From Basidiobolus meristosporus CBS 931.73 (taxonomy: Eukaryota > Fungi > Basidiobolomycota): a stretch of DNA of 64,000 nucleotides. Position 1 is the stretch's first letter, and each line of letters starts with the position of its first letter. The stretch is taken from positions 1 to 64,000 of the forward strand of contig MCFE01000285.1 in NCBI GenBank assembly GCA_002104905.1. The letters run 5' to 3'. A program made the translations under genes and the position numbers. Shown piece after piece: positions 24,257-37,930 of this stretch. The notes beneath the pieces are model-generated. The model searched no databases. It was given only the letters and a program-made list of their open reading frames with translations, and was not told the DNA's origin.

Positions 24257-26060
24257 TGTTCAAATATTGGCTATTTGGTGTCATTCAGCCGTCAAAAATT
24301 AATTAACAATTTTGGACTAGTCTTGGCCACTGTAGGACTAGCTTACAGCCCTAAGTTTGCCACTTTCTTCAAATCAATGATCCTATGATTATTCCCCTAT
24401 AGTCCAGATCAAATAAGTGCTTTTTCCAAACATTATGTACTAACCCTGAAACTATTACAGATACTTCTGAGTGCTGAAAAGCTCTCTGTACTTAGTGCTA
24501 CAATAGTATTACTTCTACAAAGATATAAATACAAAACCTCTTTGTGACTTTACAACAGTTCAACTACTATCACTATTTCTTGATAAGTTCCTTATATCCA
24601 AATCATTTCTTGAGTTGCAACAGGTTATGAGCACTGATTACCTTAATCAAATCTAAAGATTTTGTATACCCGCAAACAGAATAATGCAATCATCTTCCCT
24701 GTAAAATCAAGGTTTGAAGAGAAGAGCTACAGACTTTGGAAATCCAGATCCAGATCTACCTTGAGGAAAAAAAGCTTTGGAATATGGTGATGGGAACAGA
24801 TGTTGAGCCAAAAGAAACAGCAGAAGAAGTGGAGAAGTTTCAAGAGAAGGAGAGAAAAGCCTTCAATGCCATATGTATCAATGCGCAAAATTCCTTCATT
24901 GGACAAATTCATGTTTCAAATACTGCCAAAGCAGTATGGAAACCCTTGTACAAGACCTTTAGAGCAAAGTCAGTATCAAGCAAGCTTTATGTAAGACAAA
25001 ATCTCTTCAATAAGAGTCAGAAACTAGATGATGACATGCCACAACTCATTACCAGAATGAAGACACTTTCAGAAAGACTTAACAGCATTAATACTTGTAT
25101 AGATGATGAAGAAAAGATGCTCTGTCTGCTTTTCAGCTTAACAGATAAGTATGATACACTCATATTTTTTTAAAAACAGTGACAACTTTTGGACTCCAGA
25201 CTGTGTCAAAGGAAGACTCCCCATGAAGAACTCAGATATAATGATAAGCAGAGGAAATTGAAGATAATGCTCTATCCAGCTGAGAAGGGGACATGGAAAA
25301 GACAGGAAAGCAACAAAACCCAAGAAAACCAGGTTGCAGTAACTACTGTAAGAAACCAGGACACTGGGCAAGCTAATGCAAGTTGAAACAAGTAGACAAA
25401 AAGCAGAAACTAGAGCAGGCTAATCATAAAACTACTGAAGGACAGTTATTTGTAACTGTACAACTAGGTGAAGGTAACTAATATAATGAATAGTATATTG
25501 ACTATGAGGCATAATGGCATATTTGCGGTATAAAGGAGTGCTTCAGCAAATTAAAGACTATTTTCATAAGAAAGATTTATCTGGGAGACAACTCAACACT
25601 GGAAGCTATTGTCAGTGGGTCTATACAGATATATTAGAGTGATATCTCAGGGGCAACAATAGCAACACTGACTGACGTACTCTTTGTGCCTGGAGTAGCT
25701 AAAAACCTACTCTCAGTCAGTAAAACAATTGCTTAATAATTAAAGTTTGCTTTTACTAAGCTGAGCTGCTCAATAATGGATGAAAATGGAAAAAATTGGC
25801 ACTGGGAGTTGGAGATTGTGATAAATACAAGTTACTATGCACAATCATTTGCCTGAGTATGTCAACATTGCTAAAATTAAACAAGCTACGTGGGAGACAT
25901 GGTATAGGAGACTAGAGCACATTGAGGAGCAGAAAATGAGCCAACTGATGAAAACTCAACTTGCTTTGAGCCTAAATTACTCAATTTCAATCCGATTGAG
26001 TGTCTGGAAGGGATGTTCATGTGGTAAACAACCTAAGCAATGTTTCAGGTGCTCATGAGG
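24257..26060 (+). mobile_element. Copia family F 5' fragment (LTR 24257-24622, PBS GGTTATGAGC, gag, protease, GAG-pre-integrase)
   Basis: ORF 24736-25173 is UBN2-type gag, homologous to 34739-35071; WETWYRRLEHI motif near 25890. Confidence 0.85.
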
Positions 26061-26199
26061 CACTCACACCACCCACATATTTGCTTGCAGTTAGGGTCAA
26101 GCACTTAGTCTGTATCCTTACTGTGCCTGAAGTGGAGCAGAATCACAAAGTATCTGGTTGGACCTCCTACTTTAGGATATACTGCTATGGCAACTTCTT

Positions 26200-27328
26200 C
26201 TGCCCATAAATTAGAACAATGTTTGATTGTGTATCATAGATCTTGCCATATCAATTCTTGACCTGCTTGCTCATTCTGCTGCTTCATTTTTCTGTTGGGA
26301 GTATGGGACAGTACTCTCTTAACTTATCCCTTGAATTGTGCAGAAGTGGATGGAGAATTATGAGTAATTTTCACCAACATTGAACAGAGTACTTACTTGA
26401 CTTTTAATCAATTTCTCCCCCCAGTTTTGCTTTAAACCCCTTGAGCTTTGACCAATACTTTTTCATTTCTCTCCATGAAGTAGACCCATATTTTTGTTGT
26501 ATAATCACTAATAAAAGTCATCAACACTTCATACTGCCTAAGAATAAATAATAGATAGGTCTACACAAATTCAAGTGGATGATATCTAATTCTTTCTTGT
26601 TTTGATTAGCCCAGTGCTTTTGAACTGTTGTCTGGCTTGTTTGTTATATATGTGGATTTTACAGTGGCAAAACTTGCTGGGGGATCGGTTTTTATTCTGG
26701 AAATTAGTTGACTTTAATCATTTGGCACCAAAAATCAAAATTGATGTCTCAAAATCTCTGGTACCAAAGCATTGGTGTTCCTTCATATATGTTACCTATT
26801 TTGGCTTCTATAACTGATGGAATACAGGTCAACTTGTGTAGATTCAGATTTTTGACACCAAAAGCAATATGGGCACCTTTCTTACTAGTGACCCTGTATC
26901 TAGAATTGTCAAGGCTGACACTGAGACCTTCTGCTCTAGCTTTACTTACAGAAGGTAGGTTTTTAGATATTTCTGGTACATAGAATTCTTCCTTGAAGGT
27001 AGGTGTGTGGCTCTCTTTAATGCTATTAAAGATTACCTGGATAGTTTGTTCTTCCATGGCACCAAGTGTTCTATTACCACCTATTAAAAACCTTCTAAAT
27101 TGCAATGTCTAGATATTGGGTAAATGGTTCCTTTTGGTGTGTTAAGTGCTGATGTGGCCCAGAGCCTTCAATAGGCATAATTTAAGGTAAAACTTTAATT
27201 CTGGATCCTAGCAAATATCCAAGGCACTTAAACATGCCTGTCAGGCTATTAAGAATGGTAACTATTGTGTCCTCATTGTTAGTTGGTACACCCACAGATG
27301 CCATCTCTTCCACAAGCAGGGTGATTCT
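26200..27328 (-). pseudogene. Copia A internal fragment (gag end, protease, integrase) with deletions
   Basis: Colinear with 56500-57920; ORF 26749-27105. Confidence 0.8.
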
Positions 27329-27470
27329 CCCACTGAAACATAATTTGGTCCTGTGGGTGGATGCAATTGTGATCAGCCATCAGGATGCCATCATGAGACT
27401 GTTACAATACCAGCAGCTTGGAACTTATGATATTCTACTAAATCTTATGATACAACAACAACAGCATTTG
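27329..27470. mobile_element. Terminal fragment of family E (CCCAC-TGAAACATAATTTGG variant end)
   Basis: Aligns with the termini at 37931 and 49699. Confidence 0.55.
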
Positions 27471-27503
27471 GCCAATAGATTAAGACAATTGGGGCTCATA
27501 ACC

Positions 27504-30500
27504 TATTGCAACTCAAGAAGTGATTTGGATATAAGGGACTTATCAAGATATAGTGATAATAGTTGAACTGTTGTTTATTAATAAAGAAGCTCTGTATTTA
27601 TACCTTTGTAGAAGTAATACAGCTGTAACACTAAGTAAGTAGGGTTTCTCAATATTCAGGAGCATTGTGTAAAAGTTTCAAGTTTAGTACATAATGTTAA
27701 GTAATAGTGCTAATTTGATCTTGACTATAGGGAAATAATCATAAGATCATAGATCTGAAGATAGTGGCAAAGTTGGAGCTGTAAGTTAGTCCCATAGTGA
27801 CTAAGACTAGTCCAGATTGTTAAGTGAATTATTAGCTGCAGAACAATACCAAATAGTCCAATATTTCAACACTCCCCCTCAACTAAATAATTTCTTAATC
27901 CTAATACCTCCCTCAGATTCTCAAATTGTGGCCTAGCTAGTGGTTTTGTCAATATATCTGCCACCATTTTGTTAGTTGGGCAGTATACCAACTCTATTAA
28001 GTTATTTTCTACAGCTTCCCTCACAAAGTGATGCTGTAGTTGAATGTGCTTTGTTCTTGCATGATTAGTGGATTTCCAGCTAATGAAAAACAACTTTGAT
28101 TATCCTTGTAAATGCATGTGGGTTCACCTGAATTAGAACCTAAGTCTTTAAATAGTTTTTGTAGCCATATAGCCTCCTTAGTGGCTTGACATGCAGCCAT
28201 ATATTCTGCTTCAGTTGTAGATAGGGCCACAGTTGGTTGTTTCTTGCAATTCCAAGTAATAGCTGCACCAGCATAAAGAAATACATAGCCTGTGGAAGAG
28301 TGTCTGTCAATCAGGTCCCTACCCCAATCTGATTCACTATAACCATTGAATTTTTGCCTATTAGCTGCTCCAGAGTATTCCAGTACCATATTTATGGTAC
28401 CTTGTAGATATCTGAAAGTGCGCTGAACTGCTGCAATTTGATCTGATCCATAGTTCTGCATGAAGTGATTGACTATTCCAACTGCCACTGCAATATCTGG
28501 ATGTGTAGACACCATTAAGTATATTGAGCTACTTACCATTGATTGATAGGGAAAGCTTTGTTCCATATTTGAGCTGGTTTCATCTGAAACTGGCTGAAAT
28601 TTGCTTGATTTCAGGTTATTATTCATTAGTTCACAATATTGCACATTAAAGCCTCTAGGAAGGTCCGTGATGTACTTAGAATGATTCAGCACAACTTTCT
28701 GCGTAGGTGTTTTAAATTTGACTTCAATTCCAAGAAAATAGCACAATTTTCCAAGATCTTTCATCTCAAACTTACTAAAGATATCTGATTTTATCTGTTC
28801 AAGTGCCTTTTAGTCACTTGTAGCTATATGGTTAGGTTGTCCCCATAAAGAACTAGGATGAACACACCCTTTTTGAGCTGTCTCATATGCACACTGTGAT
28901 TTGCAGTGCTACAAGAGAATCCAAATGACTCTAGGTATGTGTCGATCTTGTTATACCATGCTCTAGGTGCCTGCTTAAGCCTATACAACAATTTTTAAAT
29001 ACGTTTGCACACATTATGGGGGTCTTTTAGATTGGTAAAACCTTCTGGTTGCTCCATATATGTAGTTTCTTGCAAATCCCCATTTTGAAAGGCTGTTTTG
29101 ACGTCCATTTGGTGTAGATCTAGACTATGTACAGCTGCCAGGGCTAGAACTGTCCCAATGGAGTTGAACTTTGCAACCAGAGCAAATGTTTTCTTAAAGT
29201 CTAGTCCCTGGATCTGAAAATAGCCTTTAGCCACTAATCTAGCCTTGTACTTATCAACGGCTCTGTTTGAGGTTATCTTGATCTTTTAGACCCATCTACA
29301 TCCTATTGGTTTTCTCCCATTTGATAAGTCTACCAGTTCCCATGTTGTTGCCTTGATCAGTTATTAGTACTCCTCCTGCATGGCTTGTTGCCACATAGTA
29401 GCATCTGGACTTTGCATTGCCTTTTCCAGATTCTGAGGCTTGGCACATAAGGCAAGATGAGCTTCTTCATGATTGTTAGATGTCTGCTATCAGGATCCAG
29501 GGGCATTTCTTATTTTGGTAGAACTCCCAACTGAGATAATCTGCTGTGATCTAGAACTGGTGGAGTTATCATGCCTATCTGGCTGAATTAGGTACATATC
29601 TTCTTCATTGGTGTTGATTGCATCATCAGGTAGCTGGCCAATGATTTCAGTGGCTTTGTGATCTGAATTCTCCTCAAATACAATGTCCCTGCTCTTGATC
29701 AGCTGCTGAATCTTGTCATCATACACTCTATACCCTTTAGTATCTTCACAAACCCAAGAAAGACCCCTTTCCTACTCTTTGGTTCCAACCTTGAGTGTTT
29801 TTTGTCAGGGATGTGATAAAAAACATCACTGCCAAAGATCTTGAGGTGCTGGAGATCTGGTTTTTTGCCTGTATATGCTTTGAAGGGTGTAAATGTTGAA
29901 ATAATTAGGAGTCCACCTAATTATTAAAATATTATGAACTAGCACTTAGTGAAATGATATATTTCAGATTATCAACATGAAAATTAGTTTGTAAGATATT
30001 TACTAATTGTTAGGAATTAGAGAAGTACAGAATTTTAGGAAAATCTGAAACTTGTCCAGATGAGCTGAAACTTAGCACATGTACTCCTGAGACTCCCCTA
30101 ATAATGACCAAATAGTCATATTTACGTAGTTCTGCAATAAGTATAAAACTGTGTTGCAACTCAATAAAACGCCAAGTGAATATCATGTAAATCTTCTAAT
30201 TCTCCAATTCACTTCCAATATATCTCTCTAATATTTCAACAGGTTATGAGCCCCAAGCTTGCTTTATCTTAGTTATCTACTTTGCTCTAGTGCTGTGTCT
30301 TTATTCTGGAGAAAGACTGCCCGGTCTACCTGAAGTTACAAAAGACAGAAAAGTACTACCGCTGCAAAGAACTGCTAGATGAGATATATTGTTTTGGAGA
30401 AAGAGGTCTTTGCCCTTAAAGAAGACACTAAGCAAAGAAAAATGGTCATATGTCAAGGAGGTCATGTTGGACAGTTTTCAAATTATGAAATGTGCAGAAG

Positions 30501-33500
30501 GATGAAGCTTTGAGAAAATGCATAATCCCAGCAAGGAGTCCAGATCAATAAGGGGCATATTACATGATATATGTATTAGTGCTATGATCCTTATTATCAC
30601 AACATAAAGGAGCTATTTTGATGATCCACATACACCGGGGTATGCATTAGACTATTTCAGTCAATGAAGTGCCCACATTGCTGCAGTGAATTTACATAAG
30701 TCTGTAGCCACTTGAAATGAAATGATGCACAAATACTTTGATGCTGCCTGCTGCCCTAGTTTGGAGTTGGATATGCAGACAAATATATGGATCAGCTTGC
30801 CCAAACTCTAAGGATCAAAATGATATATAATACCTATGTATTTGGCCAAAGATCAGTGATCTCAGACATGCCAACTTAGGAGTGGTACGCATGATATATC
30901 AGTGGTACTATTTCCAGTACCAATGACCCTGAGGCCCTGTGAGACACTTATTAGACGAGCTACATGTCTACATCAAGTATCAGGAACAGTGGGAGGAGAT
31001 ATATCCATATATGTTGAAGCATGGAATTTCTACCGCCATCAAGAAAAGTGCTACTGGAGACCTTGACCAAAGTATATGCTTATAGTCTCTATATACACTA
31101 GAGAATATGCATGAAGTACTATCAAGGAGTGTACTAGTTGCCCTACGCTAGTATATATATCACATACATACAGTGATGAAGGATCATTTATATTAACATG
31201 GATCAGATGTTAATCATGCTATTATGATCAGATCAAGTTACTTGCAGCTCCCAGCTACAGGCCAAACTGCAATGATGATATCTGCCACTGAGATGCTGAG
31301 AGAAATGGCTTTTTAAGGAAGTTTATTTGATCAAATTTGATCAAGCCTGTGAAAAGTTATGCCAGATCCATGACCAATTTGGTTGAAACATCTCAGAATA
31401 GATATGTTTTGAAGACAGGAGGTTCCTGAGCACTCTGGGAGATCTAACAAACCATGGATATGCTACCTGCATGGTCCAGATCTAGATCAATAAGGAAACT
31501 CCAGCAACCAGCATCTTTAAGACCAGATATGGAACAAAAATCTACTGCCAATAAGTTGTCAGTTTATAAATGGAGTTAGGTGACACCTAAGCCAGATTTG
31601 GACTATCTAGCACACTAGATTCGATCCAGTTATCCTACCACACAAGGATAGTGGAGTACTATTGCTAAGGAAAGCAGCAGAGCAGCTGAAGAGAACCTAC
31701 GTACTCAGAGGCAACATCACAATTACGGTGAGCAATGAAGTCAACTTACTTACAGTTGGAGCTAGAGAAATGGTACCAAGGGCCAACCTAAGGGTTATAA
31801 TGGGTCCAGAAGATCATGAACTGGTCTATTTGCACTGTCAACCAAGCTCTATGCAGGAAAATTCTATCAGAAGTAACAGTGACTTATCAGAGCTGTTATG
31901 GTAGATTTACGCAATTAGAAGGTGCCTGATCAGGTTGTACTGTTTAAAGCGCAACAGTACATATGAGATCATATCTATCCTGTTTAGGATGAAACCTCTG
32001 TGAATAGCTGCCAATCAGGCTGTGGTATCTTGTGATACAAAATCAAGCTTATCAAGATGTAAAGGGAAGATCTCAATACCGTAACTGCAATATCAGTCCA
32101 AGAAAGTTATGCCTAGATCAGAAGGATATATATGATCTATCTGAGTCAATTTTAGAAGGCAGGAAGCACCAGAAGACATAGCTTCAGTGAGAGTAGAATA
32201 TCCCAGATCAGGAATGAAGAAAAGCTAAGCTAGATACTATTGAAGGCACTAGTCCGGAAGAGAAAATACTTGGTCAACCAGTGAAGAATAAGGCCACTAC
32301 AATGCTGACCAATTGTTGGTCTCAGCAGATCATATACGGAGTATATGAGGAAAGTTACTATCCAGTTCCAGTTATGGATATATGGAGGATAGTCTAAGTG
32401 AATTAGACTATAGACCGGAACTGTGGATGATCCAGATCTACTGGAGAGAAGACCACATCCTAGCTTCACCAATTATTGACCAATTTTACTCAAATAAGAA
32501 ACAGCAGATAGCCTGAGAACGCAGCTCTCTGATAATACATACTATGCTGGGATTCAATCAGTATCTGAAAAGTTTTACTCCAATCAAATGGATGATACTC
32601 ATTCATAGATATTTGTGATGAAATCAGAATTCAGACTCAAAGCAATTTGATCTGAAGTATGCAATTAACAGTATGAATGTATACTTAGTTATTACAGATA
32701 ATATGCAATCCTTAACATATATTGGAGAATACATTAGTCCAATAGGTTAGACGGTTAATTGCAGGTTTAATTTCAACCGCAAGATACACAACACCACAGC
32801 AAGTTCATAAGTATATGAATGTATTATGTGAGTGGGAGTGTTGAAATAATTAGGAGTCCACCTAATTATTAAAATATTATGAACTAGCACTTAGTGAAAT
32901 GATATATTTCAGATTATCAACATGAAAATTAGCTTGTAAGATATTTACTAATTGTTAGGAATTAGAGAAGTACAGAATTTTAGGAAAATCTGAAACTTGT
33001 CCAAATGAGCTGAAACTTGGCACATGTACTCCTGAGACTCCCCTAATAATGACCAAATAGTCACATTTATGTAGTTCTGCAATAAGTATAAACACTGTGT
33101 TGCAACTCAATAAAACTCCAAGTGAATATCATGTAAATCTTCTAATTCTCCAATTCACTTCCAATATATCTCTCTAATATTTCAACAGTAAAATCACGTA
33201 GTGCTGTTGTTGGGCATCTGTTCTTGATGTGAACTGCGGTAGCAACAGATTCAGCCCAAAACTTGTAGTCCATTCCGTTATCATGTAGGATAGATCTTCT
33301 TATCTCTACTATTGTTCTATTTGCACGTTCTTATACTCCATTTTGCTGTGGAGTATGAGGAAATGTGGTCTGTTGAAGTATACCAGTAGATGAGCAGTAT
33401 TTTGCAAACTCCCTTGAACAGTATACTCCTCCATTGTGACTTCATAGTAGCTTCAATATACACCCAAGTTGTGTCTCTGCCATTTTCTTGAAGTGCTTAA

Positions 33501-35475
33501 ATATCTCTCAAGCCTCATCCTTTGTTTTGAGGAAGTACACCCATGCATATCTTGTTTTGTCATCAATACATCATCAAGTATCTCTAGGCTCCAAAGGACA
33601 GTGTTCACATGGGGCCACATATGTCTAAGTGTACAATAGCCAATATTTCAGTGGTATTGATGCCTTCTAAGCTCTTAAAATGTTGCCTAGCTTGTTTGCC
33701 ATATTAACATCCCTTACAAACATTCAATTTGATTGGAATTTAGTATTTGAGGCCCAACTCAAGCTGATTTTTCGCCAATTTGCTAATTTTCCACTCCCCA
33801 ATGTGTCCTAGCCTCCTATGCCACGTCTCCCAATTGGTTTCATTAGCTTCAGCATTGTTGACATACTCAGGTACAATAATTTTGCATTGTAACTTGTAAA
33901 TATTGTGATCTCTGATTCCCAAAGCTAATTTCTGTCCATTTTCACTCATTATTGAGCAGCTCATCTTAGTATTAACAAGTCTCAGTCCCTGAGCAGTTGC
34001 TTTACGGACAGAGAGTAGGTTCTTAGCTATTCCAGGTACATAGAGTACGTCAGTTAGTCTTGCTGTTGTTGCACCTGAGCTATTGCTCATATTTAGTTGT
34101 ATAGACCCACTGGCGGTAGCTTCCAGAGCAGAGTTATTGCCCAGATAAACCTTTCTTACAGGAATTGTCTTTAAGTTGCTGAACCACTCCTTTATACCAC
34201 AAATATGCTGTAATGGTCCAGAGTCAATCCATTACTCATTACTTTGGCTACTTACACTCTCTTGTACGGTTACAAATTACTATCCATCAGTAGTTACATG
34301 GTTTGCCTGCTCTAGTTTCTGTTTTTTGTCTGCTGGTTTCTTCTTGCATTCTCTTGCCCAGTGACCTGGCTTTTTACCGTAGTTACAGCAACTAGGTTTT
34401 CTTTGGTTTTGTTGCTTTTCCTTCCTGTCTGAGTGCCTTTCTGAACTAAATAAAGCATTATCTTCAATTTTCTCTGCTTGATCATTATATCTGAGTTCTT
34501 CATGGAGAAGTCCTCCTCTGACAAAGTCCAAAGTCAAATTGTCTTCTCTGCCTTCAAAAGAAAGTATGATTGGCTCATACTTGTCTGGTAGGCTGCAAAG
34601 CAGAAAGAGTATCTTTTCTTCATCATCTACATCAGCATTAATACTGTAAAGCTCTTCTGCAAGTGTCTCCATTTTGGTATTGAGTTGTAACATGTCATCA
34701 TCTGGCTTCTTCCTCATGTTGATGAACTTTTGTTTTAATCAAAGCTTGCTTGATACTGACTTTGCTCTAAAGATCTTCTCTAAGGATTTCCATGCTGCTT
34801 TGGCAGTATTTGAGGCATGGATTTGTCCAATGAAGGAATCTAGCACATTGATACATATGGCATTAAAGGCCTTTCTCTCCTTCTCTTGAAGCTTCTCCAC
34901 TTCTTCTGTTGTTCCTTTGGGCTCAACTTCTTTTCCTGTTACTATATTCCAAAGCTTCCTTCCCTCAAGGTGGATCTGCATCTTGATTCTCCAAAGTCTG
35001 TAGTTCTTCCCATCAGACCTCTCCTTTACAGGGAAGATGTTTGTGTTGTTCTGTTTGCTGATAGTAGTCATCTTCAGAATAGATTAAGGCAATCAGGGCT
35101 CATAACCTGTAGCAATTTAAGAAGTGATTTGGATATAAGGAAGTTATCAAAAATAGTGTTGATAGTTGAACTGTTGGTTATTAACAAAGAAGCTCTGTAT
35201 TTATACCTTTGTAGAAGTTATACAGCTGTAACACTAAGTAAGGAGGGTTTCTCTATATTCCAAAGCATTCTATAACAGTTTCAGGGTTAGTACATAATGT
35301 TTACTAATAGTGCTAATTTGATCCTGACTATAAAGGAATCAACATAAGATCATAGATCTGAAGATAGTGACAAAGTTACAGCTGTAAATTAGTCCCAAAG
35401 TGATCAAGAATAGTCCTGAATTGTTAAGTGAATTTTTAACTGCAGCATTATACCAAATAGTCCAATATTTCAACA
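27504..35475 (-). mobile_element. Ty1/Copia family F element, full length but degenerate, containing the H insertion
   Basis: 368-bp LTRs at 35108-35475 and 27504-27871; PBS 35096-35107; PPT 27872-27881; gag 34280-35071 with CCNYGKKPGHWAREC knuckle; protease/pre-integrase 33740-34260; integrase split by H; RT/RH 27880-29240. Confidence 0.92.
29894..33187 (+). mobile_element. Family H non-autonomous LTR retroelement (3294 bp), TSD GTAAA
   Basis: LTRs 29894-30241 and 32839-33187 (~7 differences); PBS GGTTATGAGCCC 30242-30253; PPT GAGTGGGAG; GTAAA at 29889-29893 and 33188-33192. No gag or pol motif recognised internally. Confidence 0.92.
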
Positions 35476-37930
35476 GTTACACCAAGCACAACTTTCCAGT
35501 ACTGAGCTGACAACCCACACATCAAGGCTACCTTGCTTCTTAATGTCATAGGCATAGGATTCTCTAAGTGCACATCTGTATTCAGTACTTTCCAACTTTT
35601 CCTGGCTGGCCCTCATGAGCCAATTTGTCATATCCATGACAATCTTGAAGGTAATATTCTTGATGTGATTGGGATATGGTGGTACCTGCAACTTGACTTG
35701 TTTTTCTATCCCCCCATACATCTGCTCCATGAAACATCTCAAAAGGTGAAGTTAGGCCAAATATTCTTCATACACCAAGCAAGATGGAGAAAAAAATGGA
35801 TACTAGAGTGGCAGAAATCTATGCATTCAGGTTTATGCTTGTAGTATAGCTGCTCAAATTCTATGACAGACTCTGTGCTCAAAAGCTGTAGATGCATCAA
35901 GTGGGCATTTGTGGTCCACTTCTGAAGATATTTTCCTACAATGTCCCTGTTAAACTCCCTATGTATCCAATGTACTCTTGGTAGGAATGGCTTTAGTAGA
36001 CCACTTTAATAAATATATCACACATATAACTTGAAATGCCCCATGGGCAAGTTGGTCATTAGTATAGAGATATTGATGCAAAGCAAATGCATTGCTCTTA
36101 GTGGAATACTCATGCTCCAGCAGATACCCTTCATTTTATTCAAATATTCTGGCCAATGGTCCATAACTTGCCAACTTTGCTGTAACTGCATTTGGAGTTG
36201 TGAATGCTCTCTCTGTAGGAAGATCATGTAAGTGATTGAATAGTCTAAAATACTCATCTCCTCTACTGAGAGCTCCATTTGCATACTTGGTCAGCATTCT
36301 TTCAAATAGTCCATTCAACTGCTCAGTGTCTCCATTAGCTCTAGGGTAATATGCCAAGGTTTTCAAGTGTTGGATCTACAGCATTTACCGGTAAGCTTCT
36401 AATGTCTTTGCCATAAAGTTTGCTCTTCTATTATATAAAATCTCTACAGGGCATCCAAACTTCATGAGGATATCATGGTAAATGAAACTTGCAACTTCTT
36501 GGTCACTGGCTACAGGTATTTCTTTAGCCACTGGTGGTTTAGTGCTATGGTCAATAGACCTGTTCCATCATTCCAGCTGATCATAGTGCCCAATAGTGCC
36601 ATAGCATGCCAGATGGTGCCTGATCATGCCACAGAGTGCCAGATAGTGCCATACAGTGCCAATTTGGGATCAAAATTGACATGCATATGACCCTAAAATA
36701 TCAAATTAATAACAAAATATACAGCACTCTCTGGCACTATGATCAATGGCACAATGGAACAAGTCTAATTACTACTAGGATCCAACTGTTGTATTTCCTG
36801 GTGGTTGGCAGACTTCGAATAAAGTCAATTCTCCTTCTTTAAAATGGACTTACAAGCTCCAAGGGTAGAGAGTTTGGCAGTTCTTTGTGGTTAGCCTTGG
36901 TGATTTGACAGTTTGAGCATGTTTCAACTGGCTTCTCAATGGCTTGTTGCACTCTAGGCCAACATGCTCTGGCTTTCACAGGGCTATAGGTTCCTTCAAT
37001 TCCAAGATGTCTATATCAATGGTGTAGCTTATGTATTAAATCCAGGCAAGCAATATAAGGGCAATAGCCAATCTAATTCATGCGCCAAGTTGGGTTGGGT
37101 AACTTGTTGTAATCTGGATAAGGCATCAGCAACTGTGCTGTTTTTCCCAGGGTAGTAGACAATCTCCAAATCAAATTGCTGAATGGATTCATCCCATCTT
37201 TTCATTCATCTGAAGAATACCTTCTGAGTAAACTTACACTTGAGGGAGGCATAATTAGTCTTCACAGTGCATTTGACTCCTTCAAAATGGCATTTCCATG
37301 TCTTCAAGCAGTGTATTATAGCAAGCATCTCCTTTGCATGCACTGGATAGTCTTGTACTGAGTTCAGTTTCTTGAACTCAAAGGCAACTGGGTAGGCCTC
37401 TCCCTTATGTTCTTGGCTCAACACTCCACCAATTGGATAATCTAATGCATCTGTGCAGAAAGTAAGCTTTTTCTGAAGTCAATTATTCTTGAGCCTGGCT
37501 GCTTTGCAAGTTCATTCCTGAGGATCTGAAAGGCAGTCTCACAAACTATGTCCCACTTCATGGTGTTGTCTTTCATGAAATTATCAGTTAAAGGGACTGC
37601 AATACTTGCAGGGGACTTGTCAAGTCTCCAGTAATAGGTATCCACTCCAAGGAATGATACAAGTTCTGATATGCTATGGTGCTGCTTCAGATTTTTCATA
37701 ACTTCAACCTTCTTAGGGCCTAAGGTCACTCCTGTGATAGTCACTATATGTCCCAGATATTCAACATGTTCCTTGATGAATTCAAACTTGGCTAGCTTGC
37801 CATGTAGCTTATTCTCTTGTAGCTTCTTGAAAACCTTTCCAATATGCACAAAGTGATCCTCCTCTGTCTTGCTGTATATCAATATGTCATCTAGGAAGAT
37901 TATGACAAACTTGTCAAAGTACTCATAGAA
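35476..37930 (-). pseudogene. Gypsy family G pol remnant (RT, RNase H, integrase, possible chromodomain start)
   Basis: [16 protein letters not shown] (RT), EMLAIIHCLKTWKCHFEG (RH), YYPRANGDTEQLN (IN); cut by the F LTR and an E terminus. Confidence 0.85.
36556..36766. mobile_element. MITE-like family J element (211 bp), TIR AGAC(C/T)TGTTCCAT, 3-bp TSD AAT
   Basis: Removal with an AAT duplication restores integrase ILVVIDHSTK; multiple internal (A)TAGTGCCA-like repeats. Confidence 0.8.

Noticed and set aside
30860-31110. H interior as a decayed Copia integrase (SDL, W.YF, EAL, HGI fragments)
   Set aside because: Motif spacing does not match the A or F integrase and the pieces lie in different frames; left unresolved.
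31440-31545. FKTRYG-like peptide in the H interior suggesting Gypsy RT
   Set aside because: Six residues only, with no flanking RT motifs in frame.
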